A stretch of 64,000 bases of DNA, from IMG/VR virus record IMGVR_UViG_3300025195_000002. The stretch is one strand, 5' to 3'. Below are positions 9,260 to 18,450 of the stretch, piece by piece. The translations under genes and the position numbers were made by a program. Source of the DNA: a virus. How positions within the stretch are numbered: the first letter of the stretch is position 1; each line of letters opens with the position of its first letter. Under the pieces are notes generated by a model. The model did no database searches. It saw only the letters and a program-made list of their open reading frames with translations, and was not told the DNA's origin.

Positions 9260-9730
9260 ATGGCTAGAATGAAACCCTTAGATGTCAAAGCGTATCAGAG
9301 AAACCAAACTCGGGTAGCTCAGTTGTTAGACATCGCTGAAGGGTCACCCGAACCCGTTAAGGCTTTTAATGCGTTAATGGTAAACCATATCAACAGCGAC
9401 TTACCCACTGCTCGCAGTTTCAGACGACAAGCAGTAAAGGGCGAATTCCCTCGTCCCTTTAAAGCCTGGAATGCCATCGAGCGACTTATGATACATCATG
9501 GGTTAGATGTGTTGTTTGATAAAAGTAGTGAAGCTATCTGGCTACATAGACAGCATCACCCTCTACACGCTAAAAATGGATTTCCCTTTAGGCGTGATCT
9601 TAAACTCACCATGGAGATGATCAACTGGATTAACACCCATCCTTGTATTATTAAACCAGTAAATCAAACTGCGCTTTTAAAACTAATACAAGCACCTGAC
9701 TCTCCAATAATCAGGGCAGGTGACAGCTAG
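9260..9730 (+). CDS. Hypothetical protein
   Basis: 156-aa ORF with AAGGA RBS; basic; no recognised motif. Confidence 0.6.
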   Translation: MARMKPLDVKAYQRNQTRVAQLLDIAEGSPEPVKAFNALMVNHINSDLPTARSFRRQAVKGEFPRPFKAWNAIERLMIHHGLDVLFDKSSEAIWLHRQHHPLHAKNGFPFRRDLKLTMEMINWINTHPCIIKPVNQTALLKLIQAPDSPIIRAGDS

Positions 9731-9827
9731 TATATAAATACACACTGCCTTTAAACTATTATGAGACGTGTTCTTTAAACACGCTTACACCTTTTAAACC
9801 AAAATAATAAATTAATGGATTATTACA

Positions 9828-10364
9828 ATGAACAATTCAATCCCTTTAAATACCGTATTTCATTCTCCTAAACACCGTGTTGCTGACAACGCCAAGCGTC
9901 TGATTACCCTAACTAATCTGTCGCATTTTAAACAAGTTGTAGGCGCGCTACATCCAGCTAAGGGTCTACCTACCGCCTTGGTTGATCAGTACAGCATTGA
10001 CATGAATGTGTCGTCAGAGTGCGTTACAGCATGTCTGGAGTGGGTGTGTCGTGTAAACCGCTTGGACAATGCTCAACTGCGTATCCTTGCGTTAACTAAC
10101 ATCATGTCAGGTCGTCTGTATGAAGAAGACTTGCTGACTAATGTTCATTTAGATGAGATCGAGCAATTGCATAACGACCCTCACGCAATAGACCTAACTG
10201 CTATTGAAAAAGCAATGAACATCCATCGTACTACTATATGGGATCGCCCTACTATATCGTGGTGTGAGATAGAAGCCATGGGGCAGTACGCGCCTACGCT
10301 TACAAAAACGTTTTACCGGTTAATTAACGGCAAGGCATTTATTAAAGAAAGTGTTTGCATATAA
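9828..10364 (+). CDS. Hypothetical protein
   Basis: 178-aa ORF, co-oriented, AT-rich leader. Confidence 0.6.
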   Translation: MNNSIPLNTVFHSPKHRVADNAKRLITLTNLSHFKQVVGALHPAKGLPTALVDQYSIDMNVSSECVTACLEWVCRVNRLDNAQLRILALTNIMSGRLYEEDLLTNVHLDEIEQLHNDPHAIDLTAIEKAMNIHRTTIWDRPTISWCEIEAMGQYAPTLTKTFYRLINGKAFIKESVCI

Positions 10365-10373
10365 GGATAGGTA

Positions 10374-10991
10374 ATGAGCAACAATGCCAATTTAATAACT
10401 GTAAGGCAGGAAGCCAACAAAGCCCGGATGTTTTTAAAGCAGTTTCTTGATCCGTCTTTGGACAGACGAGCAAGTAATTTCATCCAGGGATTCAACAACG
10501 TTTACGAAGCATCGCTCAGACAACTAGAAAACTTCCAATTCCGCAACACCTCATCGGTTACACTAACACACGTTTTTAATACTGCTGAGATCAACGCGTT
10601 GGGTCTAAGTGAACCTGCCGCGCGTGTAACTATGGCTGTAGTTAAACACCTGCCATACACGGCTATGCAAAATGCCATATATCAAGATCTTGTTAATGAA
10701 ATTGTAATGTTACCAGATAACATTCCTACCGTTAAAATAGGTCGTGGTATCTTTGCTAGGAAAAGGAAGTCAGTTATTAACTTCAACGTGATGCTGCAGG
10801 ATAGGGTATTAGATTGGTATTTGCGCCATATATTAATACTGGGTAACATCCTCATACTCGAACGACACGTCTGTACAGGTAAGCCATCGACCGCTTTACT
10901 AAAGGCTTGTGCGGAACGTGCAAAGAAGTTTGCTGTGCTATATCAAGAATTATTAAAACGCTCACCCCTTTTAAAGGATATAATAAAATGA
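10374..10991 (+). CDS. Hypothetical protein
   Basis: 205-aa ORF with AAGGA RBS; its stop overlaps the start of the next gene. Confidence 0.6.
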   Translation: MSNNANLITVRQEANKARMFLKQFLDPSLDRRASNFIQGFNNVYEASLRQLENFQFRNTSSVTLTHVFNTAEINALGLSEPAARVTMAVVKHLPYTAMQNAIYQDLVNEIVMLPDNIPTVKIGRGIFARKRKSVINFNVMLQDRVLDWYLRHILILGNILILERHVCTGKPSTALLKACAERAKKFAVLYQELLKRSPLLKDIIK

Positions 10992-11761
10992 AACAAAAAT
11001 CAGTAGGACTATTCACCATACTACTAGCTACCATTGCTATTGGTATTATCATGTCTGCAAGTACCGGTTATGCAGCGGACATTCCTAAGTCATTCCCTAC
11101 CAGTGTAAAATGGATGGTAGAGGACATCCACAAACCCCCATTGAACCAGACGTTTTATTGTGGGTGTGCTTTTAAAGATAATAAAAGTGTGGATTATTCA
11201 GACTGTGACTATCAGCCTGTTAATATAAACGGCACGCGCGCTAACCGCATTGAAGCTGAACATGCCATGCCTGCGGTTATGTTAGGTGGTGGGTTAATGT
11301 GTTGGGGTGATACACGTAAAGATATTCCTGCGTGTTATGAGTCGGATGGGGATCTGTTATCATCTAGAGCGTGTTGCGAGAAAACTAACATGATCTACGA
11401 GCGGGCGCAAAACGACTTAGTGAATCTAGTGCCCGCCATTGGCGAGCTTAATAACCTACGTTCAGACAAGTTGTTTTCAAATATACATGGTGAGGGGCGT
11501 GACTTTGGTAGTTGTGATGTTGAAGTCAACCAAGAATATGTAGAGGTGCGTGACGTTATGCGTGGGGATGTAGCCCGCATCTTTCTGTATATGTTAGATG
11601 CCTACTCATTACCACTTGATATTGTAATAAGCGATAAAGAACTCATGCATCTCTATTATTGGGATTTAAAAGACCCCGTGAGTGATGATGAGCGTTTACG
11701 TAATCAGCGTATCTGTGAAAAACAAGGTAGTGGTAACCACTACGTAGGTGAATGTGAATAA
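10988..11761 (+). CDS. endA: Endonuclease I family (EndA/Dns-like His-Me nuclease) with N-terminal signal peptide
   Basis: Motifs FYCGC, RIEAEHAMPA (cf. RIEWEHVVPA), DLVNLVPAIGELNNLRSD, RGDVARIFLYM, ERLRNQRI..QG..NHYV. Start reassigned to the ATG at 10988 (MKQKSVGLFTILLATIAIGIIMSASTGYA). Confidence 0.85.
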   Translation: MKQKSVGLFTILLATIAIGIIMSASTGYAADIPKSFPTSVKWMVEDIHKPPLNQTFYCGCAFKDNKSVDYSDCDYQPVNINGTRANRIEAEHAMPAVMLGGGLMCWGDTRKDIPACYESDGDLLSSRACCEKTNMIYERAQNDLVNLVPAIGELNNLRSDKLFSNIHGEGRDFGSCDVEVNQEYVEVRDVMRGDVARIFLYMLDAYSLPLDIVISDKELMHLYYWDLKDPVSDDERLRNQRICEKQGSGNHYVGECE

Positions 11762-11764
11762 TTA

Positions 11765-11793
11765 GGGAGGGCTTCGGCCCTCCCCTTATGCCT
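11765..11793 (+). terminator. Hairpin + TATGCCT element
   Basis: GGGAGGGC-TTCG-GCCCTCCC, then CT, then TATGCCT. Confidence 0.75.
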
Positions 11794-11816
11794 GAATTTA
11801 AATAGAGAAATGGTTT

Positions 11817-12329
11817 ATGAATAAACTAACACCGTTTATAGATTTTGATACGGGTGACTGTAAGAAGCCACACTATCTTAAACCTGAGACCAAGGGTCAG
11901 GGTATAGTACCACGAAAAACTAGCCAAGTTGAAGTACGACGTGTACCGCCAGATTGGAAACATCCAAAAGATAATGAAGGAAACTATATTCCTTTATTCG
12001 ATGGTTTGTTAGTAGAAAAGCACAATTATAAAATTATGCTATATAAGAGTCGAGCAAAAGAAGGGTTTGCTACTATCGACGGGCTGCTATATTGGATGGG
12101 CGCTCCCTTTACACCCTGTGAAGACGGTTTAATTGATCCAACGCATGCAACCCAAGGTTACACTGCCTTTGAAGCTACATCGTATTGTCTTTACGAAACT
12201 GTTACGGGAGGGACGCCTAAATCGCCAGTGTTTGATAGCTTAAAAGATATGGCTGCTTGGATTAAACAAGACAACGACGGCCGAACCCTTAATCACATTT
12301 TAACTAATTTAGTTAGCTTGTTACGGTAG
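11817..12329 (+). CDS. Conserved phage hypothetical protein
   Basis: 'EVRRVPPDWKHPK' and 'YCLYETVTGGTPKSPVF..L..MAAW' motifs, recognised from widespread phage hypotheticals. Confidence 0.6.
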   Translation: MNKLTPFIDFDTGDCKKPHYLKPETKGQGIVPRKTSQVEVRRVPPDWKHPKDNEGNYIPLFDGLLVEKHNYKIMLYKSRAKEGFATIDGLLYWMGAPFTPCEDGLIDPTHATQGYTAFEATSYCLYETVTGGTPKSPVFDSLKDMAAWIKQDNDGRTLNHILTNLVSLLR

Positions 12330-12337
12330 GAAACCTC

Positions 12338-12547
12338 ATGTCTGATTCAACATTTAACATAGAAGACAAGGCCAAAGATGTGGCAGCGCGGTTGCGTAGT
12401 CTAGCAGATGCCATAGAGACAGGCGAATACGACTACCAGACCAAATTGTCAATCAAAGGCTTTAGTTTCAAATATGAACTTGAAGCAACACGAAAAGTAG
12501 AAATACCTTTACCCTTTAATAGTGACGAGGAATGTTCTAATGTTTAA
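12338..12547 (+). CDS. Hypothetical protein
   Basis: 69 aa with AGGA RBS. Confidence 0.55.
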   Translation: MSDSTFNIEDKAKDVAARLRSLADAIETGEYDYQTKLSIKGFSFKYELEATRKVEIPLPFNSDEECSNV

Positions 12548-12833
12548 ACTTCTTTTATTAGTGGCATTATTGTGGGTGGCGTACGAGTACTATAAAAAAT
12601 GCACGCCAGTCATCGCCGACATGCGCATCCTAAAAGATACCAGCATGACGTACCAGGAATGGAACACCAACGTCTTTAATCCCGCACTTGTCAAAGCTTA
12701 TCAAACTAAACGCCATGTTAAAGTTATTCGCTATGAGGATGACACTAATCGTGGTAGAATTAACGATAAGTTTGAGATAGACAAGCATTTATTAGAATGG
12801 ATGCGACCTCTACCTAAAGTAGACTTTGAATAA
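12540..12833 (+). CDS. Small membrane-anchored protein
   Basis: Start moved to the ATG at 12540 (GAGG RBS); N-terminal hydrophobic MFKLLLLVALLWVAY. Confidence 0.55.
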   Translation: MFKLLLLVALLWVAYEYYKKCTPVIADMRILKDTSMTYQEWNTNVFNPALVKAYQTKRHVKVIRYEDDTNRGRINDKFEIDKHLLEWMRPLPKVDFE

Positions 12834-12921
12834 ACTAAGAAGGGTTAACGCCCTTCTTTTTTTGCCGTCAATGTTGTATTTAACAGCCCTTAGGGATCTT
12901 ATAATACTAAGGAGAGTGACT

Positions 12922-13401
12922 ATGGGCGCTGAAGCTATAACGATGTTTAGGGGCGAATATTCGTTCTTAAGTAACTTTTACATATTAGAAACCCCGCTTC
13001 CTGAAAACGCTATATTTAAAACACGCTCACATCCCCTGTTTTACTTTGCGTCCTCTGAACACGCTTACGTAGCCTGTAAGACTGATAATGAAGAGATTCG
13101 CAGATATATTGCAAGTCTATATAAACCCGGTGAAGTTAAACGCTATGGTCGATCTATCGACATCGTAGACAATTGGGATGATATCAGACAAGCATGTATG
13201 TGGGATGTGTTATATGCAAAATTCACCTTTAATCCCCATTTAAAAGAAAAGCTACTTGCTACTGGTGACCGAGAACTAGTCGAAGGGAATTGGCATGGTG
13301 ATAAATACTGGGGCGTGTGTCTGCGCACCGGGGAAGGCAACAACCATTTAGGACGTATGCTCATGGAGCTGCGTGATTACTTTAGAGATATAGAGGAATA
13401 A
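12922..13401 (+). CDS. NADAR (YbiA-like) family protein
   Basis: Motifs FRGEYSFLSNFY, SSEHAY.ACK, W......M..VLYAKF..NP.LKEKLLATGDRELVEGN.HGD.YWG, GEG.N.LGRMLMELR. Start at ATG 12922 behind AAGGAG; the longer start lies inside a terminator. Confidence 0.9.
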   Translation: MGAEAITMFRGEYSFLSNFYILETPLPENAIFKTRSHPLFYFASSEHAYVACKTDNEEIRRYIASLYKPGEVKRYGRSIDIVDNWDDIRQACMWDVLYAKFTFNPHLKEKLLATGDRELVEGNWHGDKYWGVCLRTGEGNNHLGRMLMELRDYFRDIEE

Positions 13402-13403
13402 CC

Positions 13404-14282
13404 ATGATCTTACCAAAGAACTTACCGTCAGCTGAAGTACAGTATCTTGACCTTTTACGTACGACCATGGAGCACGGTCACGACATCCGCAATGACCGTA
13501 CTGGGATGGTCTGCCGCACAGTTACAGGTGCGGTGATGTATTACAATGTAGGAGGGGGTGAATTTCCTCTTACCACTACACGTAAAAGCTATTGGCGTAA
13601 GGCGATTAGAGAACTCTGCGGCTACTTCCGTGGGTTTAACAGCGCAGCGCAGTTTAGAGACCTAGGTACTGATAGCTGGGATATCAACGCTAATGAAACA
13701 CGTGCGTGGTTAGATAACCCTCATCGTAAAGGTACGGATGACATTGGTTTGGTTTACGGAGGCGTAGCTAAACGCTGGCCAACGCATGACGGCCACACCA
13801 TGGATCTATTTAAAAAGGTCTACACTAACCTTAAAGCAGGAGTAGATGATCGCGGCGAGATCGTTACGTTTTGGAATCCAGGTCTTTTTGAATTAGGTGC
13901 GCTAAGACCATGTATGTATAGCCACACCTTTACACTGTTAGGCGACACATTGCACATGACGTCGACTCAGCGTAGCTCTGATGCGTTTTTGGGTGTGAAT
14001 TGGAATATGATGCAGTGTTATGTTTTCTTAGCGGTGATGGCTAAGATAACAGGTCATAAGCCGGGTTGGGTTAAACATGACCATAATAACTTCCACATCT
14101 ACGAAAACCATTTTGAACAGGTGACGGAACAGTTGAGTCGTGATCCCTATGAGATGCCTACAATAAAGTTAAGTGACCGTATCACGGATTGGGACTATGT
14201 GGTTAACCATATGACCGATGAAGACTTTGAGGTAATAGGCTATCAGTCACACCCACCTATCTCAGGTAAAATGTCAGCATAA
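13404..14282 (+). CDS. thyA: Thymidylate synthase
   Basis: NDRTG, FPLTTTRK, catalytic LRPC, QRSSDAFLGVNWN (dUMP-specifying Asn retained), HIYENH. Confidence 0.95.
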   Translation: MILPKNLPSAEVQYLDLLRTTMEHGHDIRNDRTGMVCRTVTGAVMYYNVGGGEFPLTTTRKSYWRKAIRELCGYFRGFNSAAQFRDLGTDSWDINANETRAWLDNPHRKGTDDIGLVYGGVAKRWPTHDGHTMDLFKKVYTNLKAGVDDRGEIVTFWNPGLFELGALRPCMYSHTFTLLGDTLHMTSTQRSSDAFLGVNWNMMQCYVFLAVMAKITGHKPGWVKHDHNNFHIYENHFEQVTEQLSRDPYEMPTIKLSDRITDWDYVVNHMTDEDFEVIGYQSHPPISGKMSA

Positions 14283-14291
14283 GGAACTTAC

Positions 14292-14498
14292 ATGATTGAA
14301 GAGATCATACAGACCCATGGCGATAAAAATGTAATTGCAAAAAGTGCAGATGGCAATCAGATAACTAAACTTGGCGTTGCTAAAGATGCCTTGAGTTTAT
14401 TTGAGGATGCGCTATTTACCAGTTACTTCATTGAAAACAATCATGTGGTCATTATAGCCACAGATGATTTCTTTAATTTACAACCAGGATTAAGTTAG
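14292..14498 (+). CDS. Hypothetical protein
   Basis: 68 aa with AAGGA RBS, in operon. Confidence 0.5.
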   Translation: MIEEIIQTHGDKNVIAKSADGNQITKLGVAKDALSLFEDALFTSYFIENNHVVIIATDDFFNLQPGLS

Positions 14499-14503
14499 TT
14501 GTT

Positions 14504-15121
14504 ATGTTGATACCAGATTACGCTATAGAGGCACTTTGCACGGGTGATTGTTCTATCGAAATTGATGGAACGATTGTCAATAATAAAAAGCGTCCTATGA
14601 TTGAGCCATTCATCAATACGTCGGTGAAAGTTAACGACAACGATCAACGTATTCCTAGTTATGGTCTTAGTAGCTTTGGTTATGATGTTCGTCTTGCCCC
14701 TGAGTTTAAACTCTTTAGCAAACCTAACGATGGACGCATTATCGATATCATGAACTTTGATGAGCGTGAGTTTGTTGAAGAAGTGAAGGCCGACAGTGTT
14801 ATCCTGCCTCCAGGTGGGTTGTTGCTATCTCGTACAGTAGAATACTTCTCTATTCCAAATAACGTCATGGGTACATGTTCTAATAAGAGCACATGGGCAC
14901 GTATTGGTATGTTTAGTCTGGTAACACCGCTGGAGCCAGGTTGGGAAGGTAACTTAGTGGTGGAGATCACCAACTGTACCAATCTACCCATGCGTATATA
15001 CGCAGGTGTGGGTATTGCGCAGATAGAGTTTAAAGCATCTAAGGTCCGCCCAAACGTCACTTACGGTGATAGAGGGGGTAAGTACCAGGGTCAGACAGGT
15101 ATTACCGGCAGTAAGCTATAA
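14504..15121 (+). CDS. dcd: dCTP deaminase
   Basis: SYGLSSFGYDVRL, KSTWARIG, TPLEPGWEGNLVVEI, YAGVGIAQ, Y.DRGGKYQGQTGIT. Confidence 0.95.
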   Translation: MLIPDYAIEALCTGDCSIEIDGTIVNNKKRPMIEPFINTSVKVNDNDQRIPSYGLSSFGYDVRLAPEFKLFSKPNDGRIIDIMNFDEREFVEEVKADSVILPPGGLLLSRTVEYFSIPNNVMGTCSNKSTWARIGMFSLVTPLEPGWEGNLVVEITNCTNLPMRIYAGVGIAQIEFKASKVRPNVTYGDRGGKYQGQTGITGSKL

Positions 15122-15140
15122 TGACTAAATAGTTAACTAA

Positions 15141-15168
15141 AGTAGGGCTAGTCCCTACTTTATGCCGT
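15141..15168 (+). terminator. Hairpin + TATGCCGT element
   Basis: AGTAGGG-CTAGT-CCCTACT, then T, then TATGCCGT. Confidence 0.7.
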
Positions 15169-15188
15169 ATCCGTAACATTTATACCTC

Positions 15189-15196
15189 TATATTAC
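15189..15196 (+). promoter_or_regulatory. phiKZ-type early promoter core TATATTAC
   Basis: Exact match to the published phiKZ early consensus; intergenic, directly after a terminator. Confidence 0.65.
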
Positions 15197-15253
15197 CTTA
15201 GTGAATAAATACAATAATGTATTATTCTTTAAACTAAATAAGGTATTAAGCCC

Positions 15254-16066
15254 ATGCAGATTACACAAACATTCACCCTGACCCGTACAGAAGTTGCTGC
15301 TTTTCGCGAACAGTCTAGTCAAGCTATTGACTTACTTAAACCACTAGCTTCAGAGTTGGTGGGTGAGCAAAAGACTGAAGCCCAAGCAGCGAAGCTCCTA
15401 GAGCAGTTAAAAACCTCTATAACTGTTGATGTTAAAGTTGCAAATAAACTAAGCACGGTGGGTTACCTGCTACGTATAAAAGATGATGTTGAGGTCGTAC
15501 TGACCGTTGATGTTGATGATGAAGTATTTACCGAGCTGATGGCCTACGGTGTAGATCTTCTAAAAGATTACATGGATATCCTTAAAGCAATGATTAATCT
15601 AGTTGTTAATTTAAAAGAACTCCAAGCCGATAGTGAATTACGTTCTACCCGCCGTCTCGTGGCGCTTAAAGAACGTATGGGTGATGATCAGACTAGCGTG
15701 AAAGTAAACGGTGATGAGATGGTGAGGGACGTGAAAGGATCTATGGCTGTCGATAGTTATTCTTATCCTTACTGGACTATTGAACAAGAAGATCTGATTC
15801 CAGACGTCATGTATATCGGGGCAGACAGCGGCATCGATGACATTCAGGCTAAGTTGGTAAATCTTAGTTTAGCGCGTCCGAATAAAACCTTGACATTAAG
15901 TGCGTCAGCAAGAGTCAGGATGGTTGTTAAAAATGGTGAAGTAATTAAATCTTCTAAATTTGAAGATTTTTACATTATGGATGAGGAGGTTAAAGAGGAA
16001 GCTAAGATCTTTAACAACCTCATACCAGCTAGCCACGACGTATTGGGTAACTTTAAAACTAAATAA
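15254..16066 (+). CDS. Hypothetical early protein
   Basis: 270 aa behind the TATATTAC promoter; followed by a hairpin+T tract (about 16077-16105). Confidence 0.6.
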   Translation: MQITQTFTLTRTEVAAFREQSSQAIDLLKPLASELVGEQKTEAQAAKLLEQLKTSITVDVKVANKLSTVGYLLRIKDDVEVVLTVDVDDEVFTELMAYGVDLLKDYMDILKAMINLVVNLKELQADSELRSTRRLVALKERMGDDQTSVKVNGDEMVRDVKGSMAVDSYSYPYWTIEQEDLIPDVMYIGADSGIDDIQAKLVNLSLARPNKTLTLSASARVRMVVKNGEVIKSSKFEDFYIMDEEVKEEAKIFNNLIPASHDVLGNFKTK

Positions 16067-16169
16067 GCAACTCAAGTGGGTAGGTGTAATATTGACCTAC
16101 CCTTTTAAACTTAAACACCGTATCCCCACTATAACGTGGGTTACTATTAATCTTTAAGGAAACATTAAC

Positions 16170-16670
16170 ATGACAGCTACTGCTATTGAAACAACTACTA
16201 ACCTAACACCTGCAACTCCCGCTAACATCAAACAACTTATCAAAGATAACGAAGGTCGTCTAGCTAAGGCGCTGGTTAATCTAATCGCGGGTTTTGAAGA
16301 CAATGCTGTATTAGACGATGACTTATATATCATCGATCAAATCCCAACCCATTGGAATAATGGCTCGGGCTATCTAGATCGCGGTGTAGACGACGCCAGC
16401 GTAGCTAAACGTATTCAATTCATCGGTCTAACCGAAGATAACCGTCTAGTGCATGTAACTAATACACCAGTGGGTAACGTTATTATGTTTGATCGCTACA
16501 GCTATGGTAGCAACGGTGTAATTGTAGCAAATATGCCAGAACACATTAAACGCATGTATGGGTCGCTTATGCGTGGACAGCTATCTGACATGGCTATTGA
16601 TAATACCGTGCGTTATAACTTAGGTAAAGCATTATTCGACATGGTTGATTACTGCAAGGAAGCAAAATAA
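16170..16670 (+). CDS. phiKZ-like hypothetical protein
   Basis: 166 aa with AAGGA RBS; 'TNTPVGNVIMFDRY' motif. Confidence 0.6.
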   Translation: MTATAIETTTNLTPATPANIKQLIKDNEGRLAKALVNLIAGFEDNAVLDDDLYIIDQIPTHWNNGSGYLDRGVDDASVAKRIQFIGLTEDNRLVHVTNTPVGNVIMFDRYSYGSNGVIVANMPEHIKRMYGSLMRGQLSDMAIDNTVRYNLGKALFDMVDYCKEAK

Positions 16671-17080
16671 TGAAAACTAAAACTACCCGTCTACAGCGTG
16701 AAGAAGTACAACAAGCCTCAGCTGAGGTTATTCAACTGTTTAAACAAAAGCATGATGTTAGGTTAACACCGCTTGAGATTATGGTGAAGCTGCGCCTATC
16801 AGATCTGAGTCTGCCAGCCGTATTAGCGTTAGCTATTGTAGATAGTAACCACCATGGCAAATATCCTCTAGTCTACGTAGGTGAGGTTGAAGGGTTCTTC
16901 ATGAGCTACTATAGAAATGGTGATAATCCATGGGGTTACTCGGCTATTGCGCAGATGCTTAATAAGTTGGTTAAGAAAGACCTGTTGGCTAAAGAACGCC
17001 ACGGTCGCTACATGGCCTACGGCATGACACGTAAGGGGATTCGCTTCTTACGTGACCTAGGTCTAGATATTACCAAATAA
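16670..17080 (+). CDS. Putative winged-helix DNA-binding protein
   Basis: C-terminal 'SAIAQMLNKLVKKDLLAKERHGRYMAYGMTRKGIRFL' fits the ArsR/MarR/PadR recognition helix + wing pattern. Confidence 0.55.
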   Translation: MKTKTTRLQREEVQQASAEVIQLFKQKHDVRLTPLEIMVKLRLSDLSLPAVLALAIVDSNHHGKYPLVYVGEVEGFFMSYYRNGDNPWGYSAIAQMLNKLVKKDLLAKERHGRYMAYGMTRKGIRFLRDLGLDITK

Positions 17081-17177
17081 CAATAGAGTTTTTAAGGGGT
17101 AGGGGATTACATAGATGCTAGCTACTATGATCCCCTTTCTTTTTTTATAATAAACTAAACCCTTTTAAGGATAAACT

Positions 17178-17825
17178 ATGTTAACTAAAAAACGTTTACT
17201 TCCTAAATGCCTAACCGCCACCCGTTTAAGAATAGGGGCGTTGGAGATACGATGGGCAATACCTAAGTTTGATCGTTCGCTACATTTTCTATTAACGCGT
17301 ACCACCAAACAAATGATCAGTTGGGATGAGGGAAGAAATGACATTACGTTTTCCCTTTACTGGCTATGTATTACTATTCATTTAGGTAATTGGGCCTGTA
17401 CAGAAACCCTTAATTCAGATCAAGAAAGTTTTTGGTACGGTGTTTTTATTAGAAGCGAATCGCTACACTTCTATCTAGGAGGACGGGGTTCTAAATTAGT
17501 AGACTTACCATGGCGGGTGAGTGCTGTTGAGCCTTATAAGGAACATACGCTTGCTGAGACCGTTGGTCTACATTACCATGACCGACCTAACCTTAATAGC
17601 GTGGATGCCAATGTGCGGGTCTACTATATTAAGGTTGCCCCTATCGGATTTCGCTGGATCCCTTTTCTATCGTGGAAGATTTACCGCGCAGAAATTGATT
17701 TTGCCGAGGAAGTAGGCGTCGGTGTGGGTAGTTGGAAAGGTGGGACGTTAAGCACTAGTTTTATGATCCCTAATAAAATGCAATGCGCAGAAGCACTGCG
17801 TTATTATGAAAATAATCACGCATGA
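17178..17825 (+). CDS. Hypothetical protein
   Basis: 215 aa, aromatic-rich, AAGGA RBS; flanked by T-tract terminators. Confidence 0.6.
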   Translation: MLTKKRLLPKCLTATRLRIGALEIRWAIPKFDRSLHFLLTRTTKQMISWDEGRNDITFSLYWLCITIHLGNWACTETLNSDQESFWYGVFIRSESLHFYLGGRGSKLVDLPWRVSAVEPYKEHTLAETVGLHYHDRPNLNSVDANVRVYYIKVAPIGFRWIPFLSWKIYRAEIDFAEEVGVGVGSWKGGTLSTSFMIPNKMQCAEALRYYENNHA

Positions 17826-17895
17826 TAGATAAGGGGCGTTACGGCGTCCCTTTCTTTTTTTGTTTCCATCTATTCTTAACGTTGTGGAGAACGTA

Positions 17896-18450
17896 ATGAG
17901 TAATAAAGTCACGTGGAGCAGTGATTTTGGTCCCAGCTACACCCCCGATCAAATGTTGCGTATGGGTGTGTTCATGGATTGCCGTTATAACGCGGCCATC
18001 ACGGACCTACCCGCAGCGTGGTACAAGCATAAAAACGTTATACCTAGCTCGCAAGAGCCCGACGCATCAGATAATTACTTTGGCGTTAAATCCCGTCAGT
18101 CGTTAAAAGAATGGCAGCGTAAAGGCTGGACTGACCCCGACTACCCTCTTGGGTGGTGGGAGTGGTACGTCCATTTCTTTTTTGGAAGGCGTTTAGGTGA
18201 GAAAGATGAATTGGAAATCAATCGGTGGCGTAGTTTTGTAGCACGACATCAGGGTCAGATTAAAGCAAACTGTAATTTAAACGATAAGAATTGTCGTCCT
18301 AAACAACGACAAGCTCTGTTGCAGTGGGGGTGGGATAGTAGTACGTTGTTCAACGACCAACAAGTAACACGTAATGCTAGGAAGTTAGCCAAAAGTATAA
18401 ACGTGGGGTTGGAAGATTCAAATGCTATGATTGTATCTCTAAACTGGTAG
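17896..18450 (+). CDS. Conserved protein of unknown function (family recalled from bacteria and large DNA viruses)
   Basis: 'F.PSYTP.QML.MGVF', 'NYFGVKSRQSL.EW..KGW...DYPLGWWEWY..FF.GRR', 'CRPKQRQALLQWGWD'. Start moved to ATG 17896 (GGAG RBS). Confidence 0.7.
   Translation: MSNKVTWSSDFGPSYTPDQMLRMGVFMDCRYNAAITDLPAAWYKHKNVIPSSQEPDASDNYFGVKSRQSLKEWQRKGWTDPDYPLGWWEWYVHFFFGRRLGEKDELEINRWRSFVARHQGQIKANCNLNDKNCRPKQRQALLQWGWDSSTLFNDQQVTRNARKLAKSINVGLEDSNAMIVSLNW

Noticed and set aside
12826-12921. Upstream extensions in the ORF track (12826, 10907, 17860, 39633, 40144, 42941, 45928)
   Set aside because: They overlap terminators or neighbouring genes; downstream ATGs with clear RBS or coupling and family-consistent N-termini were used instead.
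13404-14282. ThyA as a dCMP/dUMP hydroxymethylase (modified-base system)
   Set aside because: It keeps the Asn (LGVNWN) that specifies dUMP; DHFR and dUTPase are present; no glycosyltransferase or other hypermodification genes in the window.
15208-15219. AATACAATAATG shared downstream of two early promoters (also 46069-46080)
   Set aside because: Only two AT-rich copies, at different distances from the promoter; chance cannot be excluded.
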